From positions 1,408,001 to 1,472,000 of the forward strand of contig OY761611.1 of the NCBI GenBank assembly GCA_963664875.1: a stretch of DNA of 64,000 nt. The letters run 5' to 3'. The DNA is from Candidatus Kapaibacterium sp. GTDB taxonomy: Bacteria > Bacteroidota > Ignavibacteria > Kapaibacteriales > UBA2268. The translations under genes were made by a program, and so were the position numbers. Below are positions 51,585 to 61,010 of the stretch, in pieces. Position 1 is the first letter of the stretch. The number at the start of each line of letters is the position of its first letter. The notes under the pieces are model-generated. The model was not told where the DNA came from. It ran no database searches and was given only the letters and a program-made list of their open reading frames with translations.

Positions 51585-51659
51585 ATACATATATTTTTAA
51601 TAAGCAAAGCTGCTTAGTAATGGTTTCCTGAGTAGCTTTGTTTTATAAATCCTTAATCA

Positions 51660-52292
51660 TTACACCGCACCTTCACCTTTTATTACAGCAGGTATTGTTT
51701 TTAGTATAATCTCAAAATCAAGCGAAATTGAAAACCTTCGGATATACTCTATATCATATTTCATCATGTATTCTGCTTTTGTATTGTTTTTCCTGTCCTT
51801 GATTTGCCACAGACCTGTCAAACCGGGCTTAACTGATGAACGAATTTTACTAAATTGAGGCAATTTACTCAACATATCTGGAACTAAAGGGCGAGGACCT
51901 ACAAAACTCATGTCTCCTCTTAGAATATTGAAAAGCTGAGGCAACTCATCTAAACTTGATTTCCGTAAAAATGAACCCACTGGAGTAACACGTCTATCTT
52001 TAGAAGATTTATTCAGTTTGCTATCTGAATGATTGTATTCTAAAGTGCATTTGTCTATATACATAGATCTGAATTTATACATATAAAATCGCTTTTCACT
52101 TTTACCAATACGTTCTTGTAAAAACAGAGCAGATCCTTTTGAGGTCAACCTTATTGCAATAATGATTGCAATTATTAATGGTGATAAGATGAGTATCAAG
52201 AAGAGCGAGATGATAAAATCCAACACTCGTTTTAAAACAAATTGGGATTTCTTTGAGGATTGTATGTCTGTATTAATATCCAGTACCAGCAT
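51660..52292 (-). CDS. Bacterial sugar transferase (initiating phosphoglycosyl transferase)
   Basis: KRVLD, FLQERIG, KFRSM, SLDELPQLFNILRGDMSFVGPRP, KPGLTGLWQ. Confidence 0.93.
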   Translation of the reverse strand: MLVLDINTDIQSSKKSQFVLKRVLDFIISLFLILILSPLIIAIIIAIRLTSKGSALFLQERIGKSEKRFYMYKFRSMYIDKCTLEYNHSDSKLNKSSKDRRVTPVGSFLRKSSLDELPQLFNILRGDMSFVGPRPLVPDMLSKLPQFSKIRSSVKPGLTGLWQIKDRKNNTKAEYMMKYDIEYIRRFSISLDFEIILKTIPAVIKGEGAV

Positions 52293-52359
52293 ATACTCTT
52301 TCTCTCAATAATTCTGGATTATTGCTCAAATATATAAACACATCATAATAAAAAACGTC

Positions 52360-53352
52360 TCATATATTTCTAAATAACTTTTTTAATATTTCATTCAACT
52401 CTTCCGCTCGGTTTAAAATCATAAAGTGCCCACCTTTCAGAATTGTCACATTGCATTCTACAAAACACAATGGTAAAATTCTATCACTAGTGCCGTGTAT
52501 TTGAAAGAGATTTTGCGGATGAGTTCTGTTCTTCCACACAACTACTTTATCAATAGCCCATTTTAGAAATATTGGGTCGGTATCAATCAGGATTTGTTTA
52601 AGTAAGTATTTATCAAAGCTTGAACTGACTCCGAAAAACCAATTATTTATATAGTTCGCACTCTTCAAGAAACTTGTTGGTAAAAGTCTGTGAAGCCTCA
52701 AACGCCCAACTATACGGAAATAAAACGGAATTTCTCTTTTTGTCTTAGCGGAAGAAATTAGGATTACTTTTTCAGTTTCAATTTGTTTCGCTACTTCGAC
52801 AGCGACAATCCCACCAAAGGACAAGCCAATTAGTATAGGCTTTGGTGTTTGTATCTGAGCAAGAAGTCTTTGTGCATATTGTTGTAAAGTTTCATTCTTC
52901 AGTGGCTCGATCCATTTCACATGTATAACAGAATAGCCTGATAAATCAAGTTTTTGAAAAACTCTTTCATCAGCCCCAAGCCCACTAAATATATACACTT
53001 GCTTCATTACACACCCATACACCACTTGCAAGACGCCGTTAATCCCCTCAGTCAGCAATTCGATAAGCTCTTCATCCATGTATTCGTAGTCGTCGGGAAT
53101 ATGTAGAATTTCTACTTGTGGTAGCTCCAAGTGCAGGAACTGACTTGATAGTTTGGAGCGCTGATTGGATTCCATAACAAAAATCAGGTCAGCCCAATTT
53201 ACATCTTTCTCGGAAACTTTCCTCTCACTTTGCGGACTAAGCCCGGCAGAACGAATATAAAACCGACTATCATTCCTGAAAATCGATTCGGCAGTTCTGC
53301 TACGCTTTTTGTTGCGTCCGCAGATTACTAATATGTTTGGTTTTTGGTGCAT
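52360..53352 (-). CDS. LMW protein-tyrosine-phosphatase-like domain fused in frame to alpha/beta hydrolase
   Basis: CGRNKKRS (Cx5R), WADLIFVME, IPDDYEYMD; then MKQVYIFSGLGAD, GLSFGG, HGTSD, GGHF. Confidence 0.8.
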   Translation of the reverse strand: MHQKPNILVICGRNKKRSRTAESIFRNDSRFYIRSAGLSPQSERKVSEKDVNWADLIFVMESNQRSKLSSQFLHLELPQVEILHIPDDYEYMDEELIELLTEGINGVLQVVYGCVMKQVYIFSGLGADERVFQKLDLSGYSVIHVKWIEPLKNETLQQYAQRLLAQIQTPKPILIGLSFGGIVAVEVAKQIETEKVILISSAKTKREIPFYFRIVGRLRLHRLLPTSFLKSANYINNWFFGVSSSFDKYLLKQILIDTDPIFLKWAIDKVVVWKNRTHPQNLFQIHGTSDRILPLCFVECNVTILKGGHFMILNRAEELNEILKKLFRNI

Positions 53353-53364
53353 GGTGGCTATATT

Positions 53365-54594
53365 TTATTCCTCAATCCATCCAACAATACTTGAAAGCCA
53401 ATTAATCTCTATCTCAGTCCATTTTTGTGTTATGTTGTTCCACACCAAAACTCCTTTAGGATAGCCAAGATTGGAGCCCACATCACCATAAGCTACACTA
53501 AAGAATCCATCGGTTGTTTTAGAACCATAGTCGCACCAAACTCTTCCAATTTCTTTGTTTTGGTATTTAATAATTCTACCGTATTCGGGATTCATCTCGA
53601 CTTCAATTGAAAAATTAAAGCCGGAATTTTTAAACTTAAAGTACCTATCTTTTTTATCTTCTACTTTAATATCATAAGTTCCTTTGCTACAAACGAAGAT
53701 GATACTTCCATCAGAATCTGAATAAAAATAGGCATTAGAACAAGCTAAAGGAATCGAATCAATTTCCATGATAATTTCAGAGCTTCTTGATTTAATATTG
53801 AATTTGTGAATTATGGCAGTAGCAGTACCTTCATCTTCGAATAGTTCTAATCTATCTACTATTTTTGCTAATACAGTATCTCTACTTTTAGATTCTTTAA
53901 ACATTAAAGCCGGTTCTTCAATATTGGAATCTATAGACTCAAAAGATACATAAAGAAAATTTTCATTATCAAACCAGCAAAGAGGAACCTTCGGGAAAAC
54001 AGAAGAATATATCGACATTGGAGTACCAATTCCACAATCACTAATAATGATTGTATCTTGATTATAAGTCGAATCATAAAGTAGTAGCTCAGATGAAAAA
54101 GGGGTTCGTTCAAATTCCAATCCCCATTTATGATTTGGAGAGAGAATTCCTCTCAATTTTAAGCCCGCATAATCTTTGACTTTTTCATAATATTTCTTAT
54201 TTAGGTCATAAATATAGTATTCTGTATATTCCGGGGAGAAAAATTTATAGAAAATGAGACTATCTCCTCTGGTTTCATACAGACGACTCCGTTCTCTTTT
54301 CAGCATCAACTTGGTTTGAATATCAATAATGTGTCCTACCGGTGTGATAACATATCTATCTTTATAAAGCAAACTATTTTTAAGTTCATAATTAGTGATT
54401 CTGGAAGTTACATCAAGAATGGTATCTTTAGAAGTCAGTCTTCCATCAGCAAAGTGATATAGGACAAGGTTAACGTAATCTCCAGTACCTCTATCCTTTG
54501 TATCATATTCAGCCACAATTAAAGAGTTATGCCTATGCACGCTTGCAAAACACGTGCTAATTAAGACTAATCCTATTATTATGTATTTAAGCAT
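53365..54594 (-). CDS. Secreted hypothetical protein (beta-rich)
   Basis: 409-aa ORF, signal peptide, AGGAG SD. Confidence 0.75.
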   Translation of the reverse strand: MLKYIIIGLVLISTCFASVHRHNSLIVAEYDTKDRGTGDYVNLVLYHFADGRLTSKDTILDVTSRITNYELKNSLLYKDRYVITPVGHIIDIQTKLMLKRERSRLYETRGDSLIFYKFFSPEYTEYYIYDLNKKYYEKVKDYAGLKLRGILSPNHKWGLEFERTPFSSELLLYDSTYNQDTIIISDCGIGTPMSIYSSVFPKVPLCWFDNENFLYVSFESIDSNIEEPALMFKESKSRDTVLAKIVDRLELFEDEGTATAIIHKFNIKSRSSEIIMEIDSIPLACSNAYFYSDSDGSIIFVCSKGTYDIKVEDKKDRYFKFKNSGFNFSIEVEMNPEYGRIIKYQNKEIGRVWCDYGSKTTDGFFSVAYGDVGSNLGYPKGVLVWNNITQKWTEIEINWLSSIVGWIEE

Positions 54595-54625
54595 AGGTAT
54601 TTTGCTCCTAATTCCTATAGATTAA

Positions 54626-54658
54626 GCAGATTACAAGTATGTTTGGTTTTTGGATCAT
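54626..54658 (-). repeat. 11-codon 5' stub of the phosphatase gene
   Basis: MIQKPNILVIC versus MHQKPNILVIC (29/33 nt). Confidence 0.8.
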
Positions 54659-54743
54659 GGTTTTTAAATATTCTACAACACTTATAGCTTGTAGAAATTT
54701 TACACAGGATTTTAAATCAACGAAGGAACTTTGATTAATTTGA

Positions 54744-55355
54744 CTAATTTAGAGAGACAAAGCCAAAACCAAAGTCATCGTCTTTGTTTATCATCTCATT
54801 TTTTACTTTTTCGTACTCTTCTTTTGTGATATATCCTCCTTGGAATAATGCTGACAATCTTTCAAGTCCGTCTAATTTGGACATATTGTATTTCTTGTTA
54901 ATTTCAACACTCTCGAATTCTTCTTTCTTAGTATAAATCAGTTTTATAAAATCATTTACTGCATCTTCAGAAGGAATTTTTTTATAGAAAAAAAGCCAAT
55001 TAGGGTATTTAGCTAGTACATATATATTTTTGATTGAAATATAAAATTTAAAGGCAGTGAAGGACAAAAACGAGAGCACTAAAATAAAATTTCCAAGAAA
55101 TTTCTCGTCTGATGTATTAAAAGCAATCAGCAGAGTCCACAGAAAACACAAAACACACCCGAAAAGCCACCATTTTGAATATGTAATTTCTTTCTCCGGA
55201 TCATTCAAAATGGATTTAAACTGCAAAGCATACTCTTTCTCAGTAAAGAGCGTTTTGTATTCCACATGAACACCTTCGTGGTAGATGGTGCTTGTGATTT
55301 TGTGAAATAACCTCTTTTGCAGTATCTGATAATTTTCTTTCATATATTCTGACAT
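54744..55355 (-). CDS. Membrane protein with C-terminal SHOCT domain
   Basis: Two TM helices; LERLSALFQGGYITKEEYEKVK. Confidence 0.75.
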   Translation of the reverse strand: MSEYMKENYQILQKRLFHKITSTIYHEGVHVEYKTLFTEKEYALQFKSILNDPEKEITYSKWWLFGCVLCFLWTLLIAFNTSDEKFLGNFILVLSFLSFTAFKFYISIKNIYVLAKYPNWLFFYKKIPSEDAVNDFIKLIYTKKEEFESVEINKKYNMSKLDGLERLSALFQGGYITKEEYEKVKNEMINKDDDFGFGFVSLN

Positions 55356-55456
55356 TGTAAACAAAACACACTATAATATAAAAATATATTAGTGATAATT
55401 AAATATTTTTTTGCATCAAACAATAATTCTAAACTACATTTAAGTTCTATATCAAT

Positions 55457-55553
55457 TATAAAACCGACTATCATTCCTGAAAATCGATTCGGCTGTTCTG
55501 CTTCGTTTTTTGTTACGTCCGCAGATTACTAATATGTTTGGTTAGTTGTTCAT
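55457..55553 (-). pseudogene. 32-codon 5' stub of the phosphatase gene
   Basis: MNN*PNILVICGRNKKRSRTAESIFRNDSRFY; codons 5-32 differ from the intact gene at 4 synonymous sites. Confidence 0.9.
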
Positions 55554-55576
55554 AAAGCTAATCGCAGGATTCATCT

Positions 55577-56977
55577 TTATACCCCTTCAATTTCTATAGA
55601 ATATTCTTTGAAAAGATGTCGAAAACTTTCCGACCAATTTCCCCAATCCCAAAACTGTTGATTGTTTTTCAATATTTCTTGTAATTCTAAATTTGTCTCT
55701 TTGTTCTTGAAAGATAATAGAGTTTTAGAAAGATGAAATATTTCAATAGCCTGATTGTCTCCTCTTAATCTATAAAGCATATTTGGTATGCTTTGCGAGA
55801 ATTGTTTAGCGATAATAACTTCAATAAATGGTACTAAATGGACTGACTTTGCAGTTAAAACATTCTTACAGCATATCGAAAGAAGCAAGTCATCATTATG
55901 TTTACTTATTGTCTGAAGCATAAATAAAATCAACTCATCAATTCTATGATATTGATTAAACTGTAGAAGATTAATATCTTTATCTATCAATAGTCCTTTT
56001 GCAAAAGACTTGGAAGCTTTTTCAGGACATTCGACACTTAGTTTATTAGCAACTGAAAAGTCGATTGTTTTATGCTCTTCCCATATCTTTAATATAAGAT
56101 CCTGGTATAAAGAGCAATAATTTTGAATTAGAGCTTTGTCCAAATAGTTTATTTGAAGAGTGTCACATGTCAGATATATTTCAGTCATTACTTCCAAAGC
56201 AGATACATTTTTAAAACTAGAAACTGCTAAGAAATAATCATACGACCTCTCTGTCGATTTATAGCTTAAAATAAAATTCCAAAAAGCACTATCAGGGAAC
56301 ACTGATATAGCTGAAAAAGAATTTGTGCCATGATCCATCAAGAACTGAATATCATCTCTATCTTTATATTCAGCAAGAGCAACAAGTCCAGGAATATTAT
56401 TGGGTTCAGCGGCCAATTCTCTGATTCTATAATATGTTTTAGCATTACCTTTGTTATTTATTAAGGCTTCATATTTAAGACTAGTTTCTATATTAGAATA
56501 CAGAATAACACTATCCATCCTTTCAAGTTGGATTTGAAAATATAAACTGTCATTTTCCGAAGAATTCGAATTTATCTTTTGATTCAAAAGTCTATAATAC
56601 AATCCTGTTGAAATCTCACTTTCTGAAACACGACAACCATACCCAGTTATAACACTATATCTTTGCTTCAAGAAGGTAGAAAAAATATTACTCAAATCAG
56701 GATACCGATTATCCAATAAAGCCCAGCTGGCATAGGCCTTCACTGCAGAATTCTTATATTCTATAAGAGCGAGCAGCTCTTCAATAGATGCTTTATCTCT
56801 TAGTTCTTCAAATAATTTATAAATTTCAGTAGTTCTGCCGCTTGTTCCAACTTGCTGTGAATGCAAGACATTAAACTGTTCCAATTTTTGAACAATCGCT
56901 TTTATTTCAGGTCGGATTTCTTGACCTGATAATGTGTAGCTACAAAACAGCATAATTGTAATCAAAAGATTCTTCAT
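55577..56977 (-). CDS. Secreted alpha-helical (HEAT-like) hypothetical protein, paralog of 49872-51266
   Basis: Signal peptide; colinear similarity over the full length. Confidence 0.8.
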   Translation of the reverse strand: MKNLLITIMLFCSYTLSGQEIRPEIKAIVQKLEQFNVLHSQQVGTSGRTTEIYKLFEELRDKASIEELLALIEYKNSAVKAYASWALLDNRYPDLSNIFSTFLKQRYSVITGYGCRVSESEISTGLYYRLLNQKINSNSSENDSLYFQIQLERMDSVILYSNIETSLKYEALINNKGNAKTYYRIRELAAEPNNIPGLVALAEYKDRDDIQFLMDHGTNSFSAISVFPDSAFWNFILSYKSTERSYDYFLAVSSFKNVSALEVMTEIYLTCDTLQINYLDKALIQNYCSLYQDLILKIWEEHKTIDFSVANKLSVECPEKASKSFAKGLLIDKDINLLQFNQYHRIDELILFMLQTISKHNDDLLLSICCKNVLTAKSVHLVPFIEVIIAKQFSQSIPNMLYRLRGDNQAIEIFHLSKTLLSFKNKETNLELQEILKNNQQFWDWGNWSESFRHLFKEYSIEIEGV

Positions 56978-57244
56978 CTTCTATTCTTATTCTCTAAATA
57001 GCAATCTATCAATATAATAAAATCTCTCATTATTAAACTTATATATTCACTAAGAAACAGGAGCTAATTATCTTCGGTTGGGTGGTCTTCCAATCAGAGG
57101 CAATACGCGATAATGCCAACCCAAAAGTTCCTCCAAACATAAAAATCGCAGAATCAATTGCCCCCCTCTCTAACCAAGCAATTCGCCTAATATTTGATGC
57201 CGGCAGAATGATATACGACGGCTTGAAATCAATAGTGGAGTTGA

Positions 57245-57279
57245 AAAAGACAAGGCAACTTATGACTAAGCTGCCTTGT
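57245..57279 (-). terminator. Terminator after VIT/vWA gene
   Basis: Minus strand ACAAGGCAGCTTA...TAAGTTGCCTTGT then CTTTTT. Confidence 0.7.
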
Positions 57280-57329
57280 AATTGAATACATTGGAGTTGT
57301 ATAATTCAATTATAGATATTCTCTACAGT

Positions 57330-59489
57330 TTATTTTATTACTATAAACTTCTGAACATCAACAATCGAATCTTCTGAGATTAGATAAACAAGATACTCTC
57401 CGCTACTCAACTGCGAAATATTAGTAGAAATATCATTATTTATATCAGACTCGTTCAAATCCATTCTTAGTATTTCTGAACCATCCAAACTAACAATCCT
57501 CAACTGCAATTCTGCGGGATTAATATTTTCAGTAGATAAAATTCGAAGTCTTAAAATACCGCTTGTGACTGGATTTGATCCAACTATACTTATAATTCCG
57601 GCGTCGTTATTATCTGCTTCCATATCATCAAAGTATTCTGTATTATCACCTTTATCACCATTGCCGTTGCTTCCACTATTCATAGCAACTGAAGAGCTGT
57701 CAATAGCAACAAATGAAGTAAATTCAGTTACAAGGCCATATTTCAAACCTAACTCAATAATTTCCTCTTCAATAGATTTTTCATCGTCCTCATTGCTTGC
57801 TAAGCCATAATCAGAAAGTAGTTTAATTCTGGTTCTTGCCCATAAATACTTTATAGCAATGTTTTGATCAGCATTATTGAGGTAATCAGAAAATTTATAA
57901 GTTTCTGATATTTTCTCTTCAGCTAAATCACCACTTAATTCAATCGTGCCATTAGTCGCATCATCATATTTACCGTAAACAATCACAGGTCTGTCAGCGA
58001 ATACATCCGGGATATAAGGTGGCTCTATATCATAAGCATTTATATCTGAAAACATAGCTTTTAAATTAGTCATCGCCGGTCTTTCAATATAAACTTTAAA
58101 ATCATCAGCCATGGTTTGAGCATCAGAAAAATCAGTAGCTACAAATGATTCACCAATTCCGACATAAGCCATGCCATCTATAATTTCTCTATTTACCATT
58201 TCACCTATTCCAAATGCAAAGAAGTTCGCCTCTCCAAGATTGTTTCTTATCAGTTCGTAGGCTTGTTTTTCTACAGTAACATAACCATCTGTCAGAATAA
58301 CAAATATTCTTGAATAATCTTCTTCAATTTCCATAGCCAAAGCTTGTTGCAAAGCAGGTAGCAATTGTGTACCGCCACTTGCTTGTATATTATCAATCAT
58401 TTGTCCCGCCTTATTAATATTATCAGGTGTTACAGGCAGTGATGAAGGAGATAAAAAGCTAGAGCCAGCGGCGAAAAACAGAATATTAAATTTGTCTTTT
58501 GAATTTAAGTCATCTAATAAATTTAGAATAAGGTTTTTTGATATCTCAATAGGCGTACCAGACATAGAGCCAGATACATCCATAATAAAGACATATTCTC
58601 TCTTTGGAGTTTCATAATTAACCTCCGGCCTTGGTGGCTGAACTATAGACAGAAAGAATTTTTCATCATCATTTTCGCTTTCATAAAGCAATAGTCCGGT
58701 TTGAATTGTCGAACCACTTAGCTCGTAATCCACAATAAAATCAGCTCCCGGATGGGTTTGAATATAACCGGTAGCAATATTATCCGTAATATCAAAATTG
58801 ATTTCATGAGATTTGCAGTCAACACTCAGCGGCATACCGGCATATATTCTCATGTCAATATTTAACTCAGTATTTTTGACTGCAAGCGAATCCTCGATAG
58901 ATTGCTGCACCCAACTTTCACCATCTGTAGTGAAACGTGGCCCAACAATATTTGGAAATACAAACTGGTAAATCCCCTTTTCAGGAACAATTAACTCAGT
59001 ATATTTCATAAGTACACGTAATGATTCTCCAGCTCCAATATTTGCTACACTCATCTGAAAAACGTTTGGTCGATGTTGCTCTAATAAAGTTGCTGTATAT
59101 CCTTTGCTATTAGCAGAGTCGTATTCTGCTTGTGCTTCTTTTTTTTCCTTAATTACTGCATCTATCACTCGATCTCCAATAATCATCTGCATACCATAAA
59201 TTGCAGCATTATGTGACATCGGGAATACATAAGTAGCATCAAGTTCATTTTCGCCTGAATTTTCATAAACTTGCTCAATTTCAACATTCGCAATTACGCC
59301 ACTAATTGTTACATATACATTAGTCGAAATTAGAGGGAAAGCAACATCCGTCGAATCATCTGTAAATACGGCAAAGTATGGTGCTTCAGTTTTAGAAGCG
59401 TCTTCCGCAAATACTCCAATCGAAGAGTAAAGCATGATTGTTACAATAACAATCACAACTTTCATTAGAGAGGATTTGTCCAATTCCAT
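57330..59489 (-). CDS. VIT + von Willebrand A domain protein with T9SS-like CTD
   Basis: ATYVFP, A.LLEQ.RPNVF...VANI; MIDAS DVSGSM, GGT, LTDG; LVTEFTSFVAID; G.YLV...KFIV. Confidence 0.88.
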   Translation of the reverse strand: MELDKSSLMKVVIVIVTIMLYSSIGVFAEDASKTEAPYFAVFTDDSTDVAFPLISTNVYVTISGVIANVEIEQVYENSGENELDATYVFPMSHNAAIYGMQMIIGDRVIDAVIKEKKEAQAEYDSANSKGYTATLLEQHRPNVFQMSVANIGAGESLRVLMKYTELIVPEKGIYQFVFPNIVGPRFTTDGESWVQQSIEDSLAVKNTELNIDMRIYAGMPLSVDCKSHEINFDITDNIATGYIQTHPGADFIVDYELSGSTIQTGLLLYESENDDEKFFLSIVQPPRPEVNYETPKREYVFIMDVSGSMSGTPIEISKNLILNLLDDLNSKDKFNILFFAAGSSFLSPSSLPVTPDNINKAGQMIDNIQASGGTQLLPALQQALAMEIEEDYSRIFVILTDGYVTVEKQAYELIRNNLGEANFFAFGIGEMVNREIIDGMAYVGIGESFVATDFSDAQTMADDFKVYIERPAMTNLKAMFSDINAYDIEPPYIPDVFADRPVIVYGKYDDATNGTIELSGDLAEEKISETYKFSDYLNNADQNIAIKYLWARTRIKLLSDYGLASNEDDEKSIEEEIIELGLKYGLVTEFTSFVAIDSSSVAMNSGSNGNGDKGDNTEYFDDMEADNNDAGIISIVGSNPVTSGILRLRILSTENINPAELQLRIVSLDGSEILRMDLNESDINNDISTNISQLSSGEYLVYLISEDSIVDVQKFIVIK

Positions 59490-60044
59490 TTTTCAGTCCT
59501 TATTGTGTAGGAATAACTTTATACAAGAGAATTATTATTGTTCTTAATATAATATATAATTACCAATTATAAAAATTATTAATATGTTTGATAATTTTTA
59601 TTCTACTTTATCAATTATTGTAGAAGATCCAAATGTAATATTATTTCAATAGCTTAGCCGATTTTAAAAAGATATTGTTTTATGAACCTATATATTTACC
59701 AACATTGTTTATCGCCTAAAAGTTGGATGATTCCCTTTGAATTATTACACAATGGAGCAATTTATGTTCAATATTCTTAGAGCCCTTTTTATACTTTCAA
59801 CATTTTAAAATCTTCTTATTTCTTACCTTTGTCAGGATTATCGGATATATTTTATATATCATATTATGTTTGGTATTTCCATTTTTTTGAAGTGTGTTGA
59901 CATTCCCTTTATATTTCTTAAGTGCAGTATTATAATGACTGAGAACTTAAGTTTTGTTCTCCTCTCCAGATTTCCTTGTAACTTTACTTAAAAGGCTACG
60001 TACTCTATCTAAAACATTAACACTGTTAATATAGGTAGTACGGA

Positions 60045-60461
60045 ATGAATAAAGAAACTTTCCTTCGGGAATTTATGGACGAAGTTTGGAATAATAAGAA
60101 CTTCGATAAAATTGCGCAATATGTACATAATGAATATACAATCCATCTCGACTCAGGCGATCCATGGGAAGGAAAAACTCTGTCACATGCTGAATTCAAA
60201 AAGCGTATGGAATTGGCTTCTTTCACGCCTTTTCCTGATATGAATTTTGAAATTACTTCAGCTATTGAGGAAGAAAACCATGTTGCAGTCACCTGGATTC
60301 TAACCGGAACAAACCTTGGTCCACTTGGAGAATTCCCTCCTACAAAGAAATCCATTAATACTAAAGGCATCACCATTTATCATTTTAAAGACAATTTGAT
60401 AAGTGGCCACACTCAGGTATTTGACAGAAGAACAGTTATGCAACAATTAGGATTTTTGTAA
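60045..60461 (+). CDS. SnoaL-like ester cyclase family protein
   Basis: EVWN, FPDMNFEI, GT..G..GEFPPTKK.I, MQQLG. Confidence 0.88.
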   Translation: MNKETFLREFMDEVWNNKNFDKIAQYVHNEYTIHLDSGDPWEGKTLSHAEFKKRMELASFTPFPDMNFEITSAIEEENHVAVTWILTGTNLGPLGEFPPTKKSINTKGITIYHFKDNLISGHTQVFDRRTVMQQLGFL

Positions 60462-60796
60462 TGAAGACTAAAAAAGAACTCAAAGACGAGTACAAAAAGA
60501 AAGAATTCCCAATGGGCGTTTTTCAGATAAAATGCACTGAAAACGGCAAGGCATTTATAGACAACAGCACAGATATGGCTTCGAAATGGAATCGCCACAG
60601 AATGGAACTCAAATTCGGAAGCCACAGGAACAAAGACCTCCAAAAAGACTGGAATCAATATGGCGAAGACAAATTCGAATTTCAAGTGCTGGCTGAGCTA
60701 AAGAAAAGCAAAGACGAATATGTGAATTACAACAAAGAATTGCAGTCACTCCAAGAGATGGTTCTGGAAGAGATGGCGAGTGAGGGGAGGTATTGA
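60461..60796 (+). CDS. GIY-YIG-superfamily small protein
   Basis: MGVFQI...NGK.FI, NRHRMELKFGSH.NK.LQ.DW..YG...F.F.VL; TAATG coupling to upstream gene. Confidence 0.8.
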   Translation: MKTKKELKDEYKKKEFPMGVFQIKCTENGKAFIDNSTDMASKWNRHRMELKFGSHRNKDLQKDWNQYGEDKFEFQVLAELKKSKDEYVNYNKELQSLQEMVLEEMASEGRY

Positions 60797-61010
60797 GGGT
60801 TTATTTTTTTTTTGGGGGGGGTGGGGAAGCTTATTATGCTTTCATTGTAATAAACTAAGTAAATAGAAACAACTTTTATAAATTTATTTTTTATTTGGCT
60901 ATTATATGTAAATTATTTTATCTAAGTTATGTATTTTTATAACTGTTGCATTTATTGATGTAATGTGATAAGAATTTTGCACCAACTGCTTAACTAGTGG
61001 AATTAGTATC

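Noticed and set aside
49560-57279. Integron cassette array
   Set aside because: No IntI and no recurring attC-like palindromes; boundaries are gene-end stubs
59500-60040. Possible decayed gene in a long AT-rich intergenic region
   Set aside because: Stops in the frames examined and no recognisable motif
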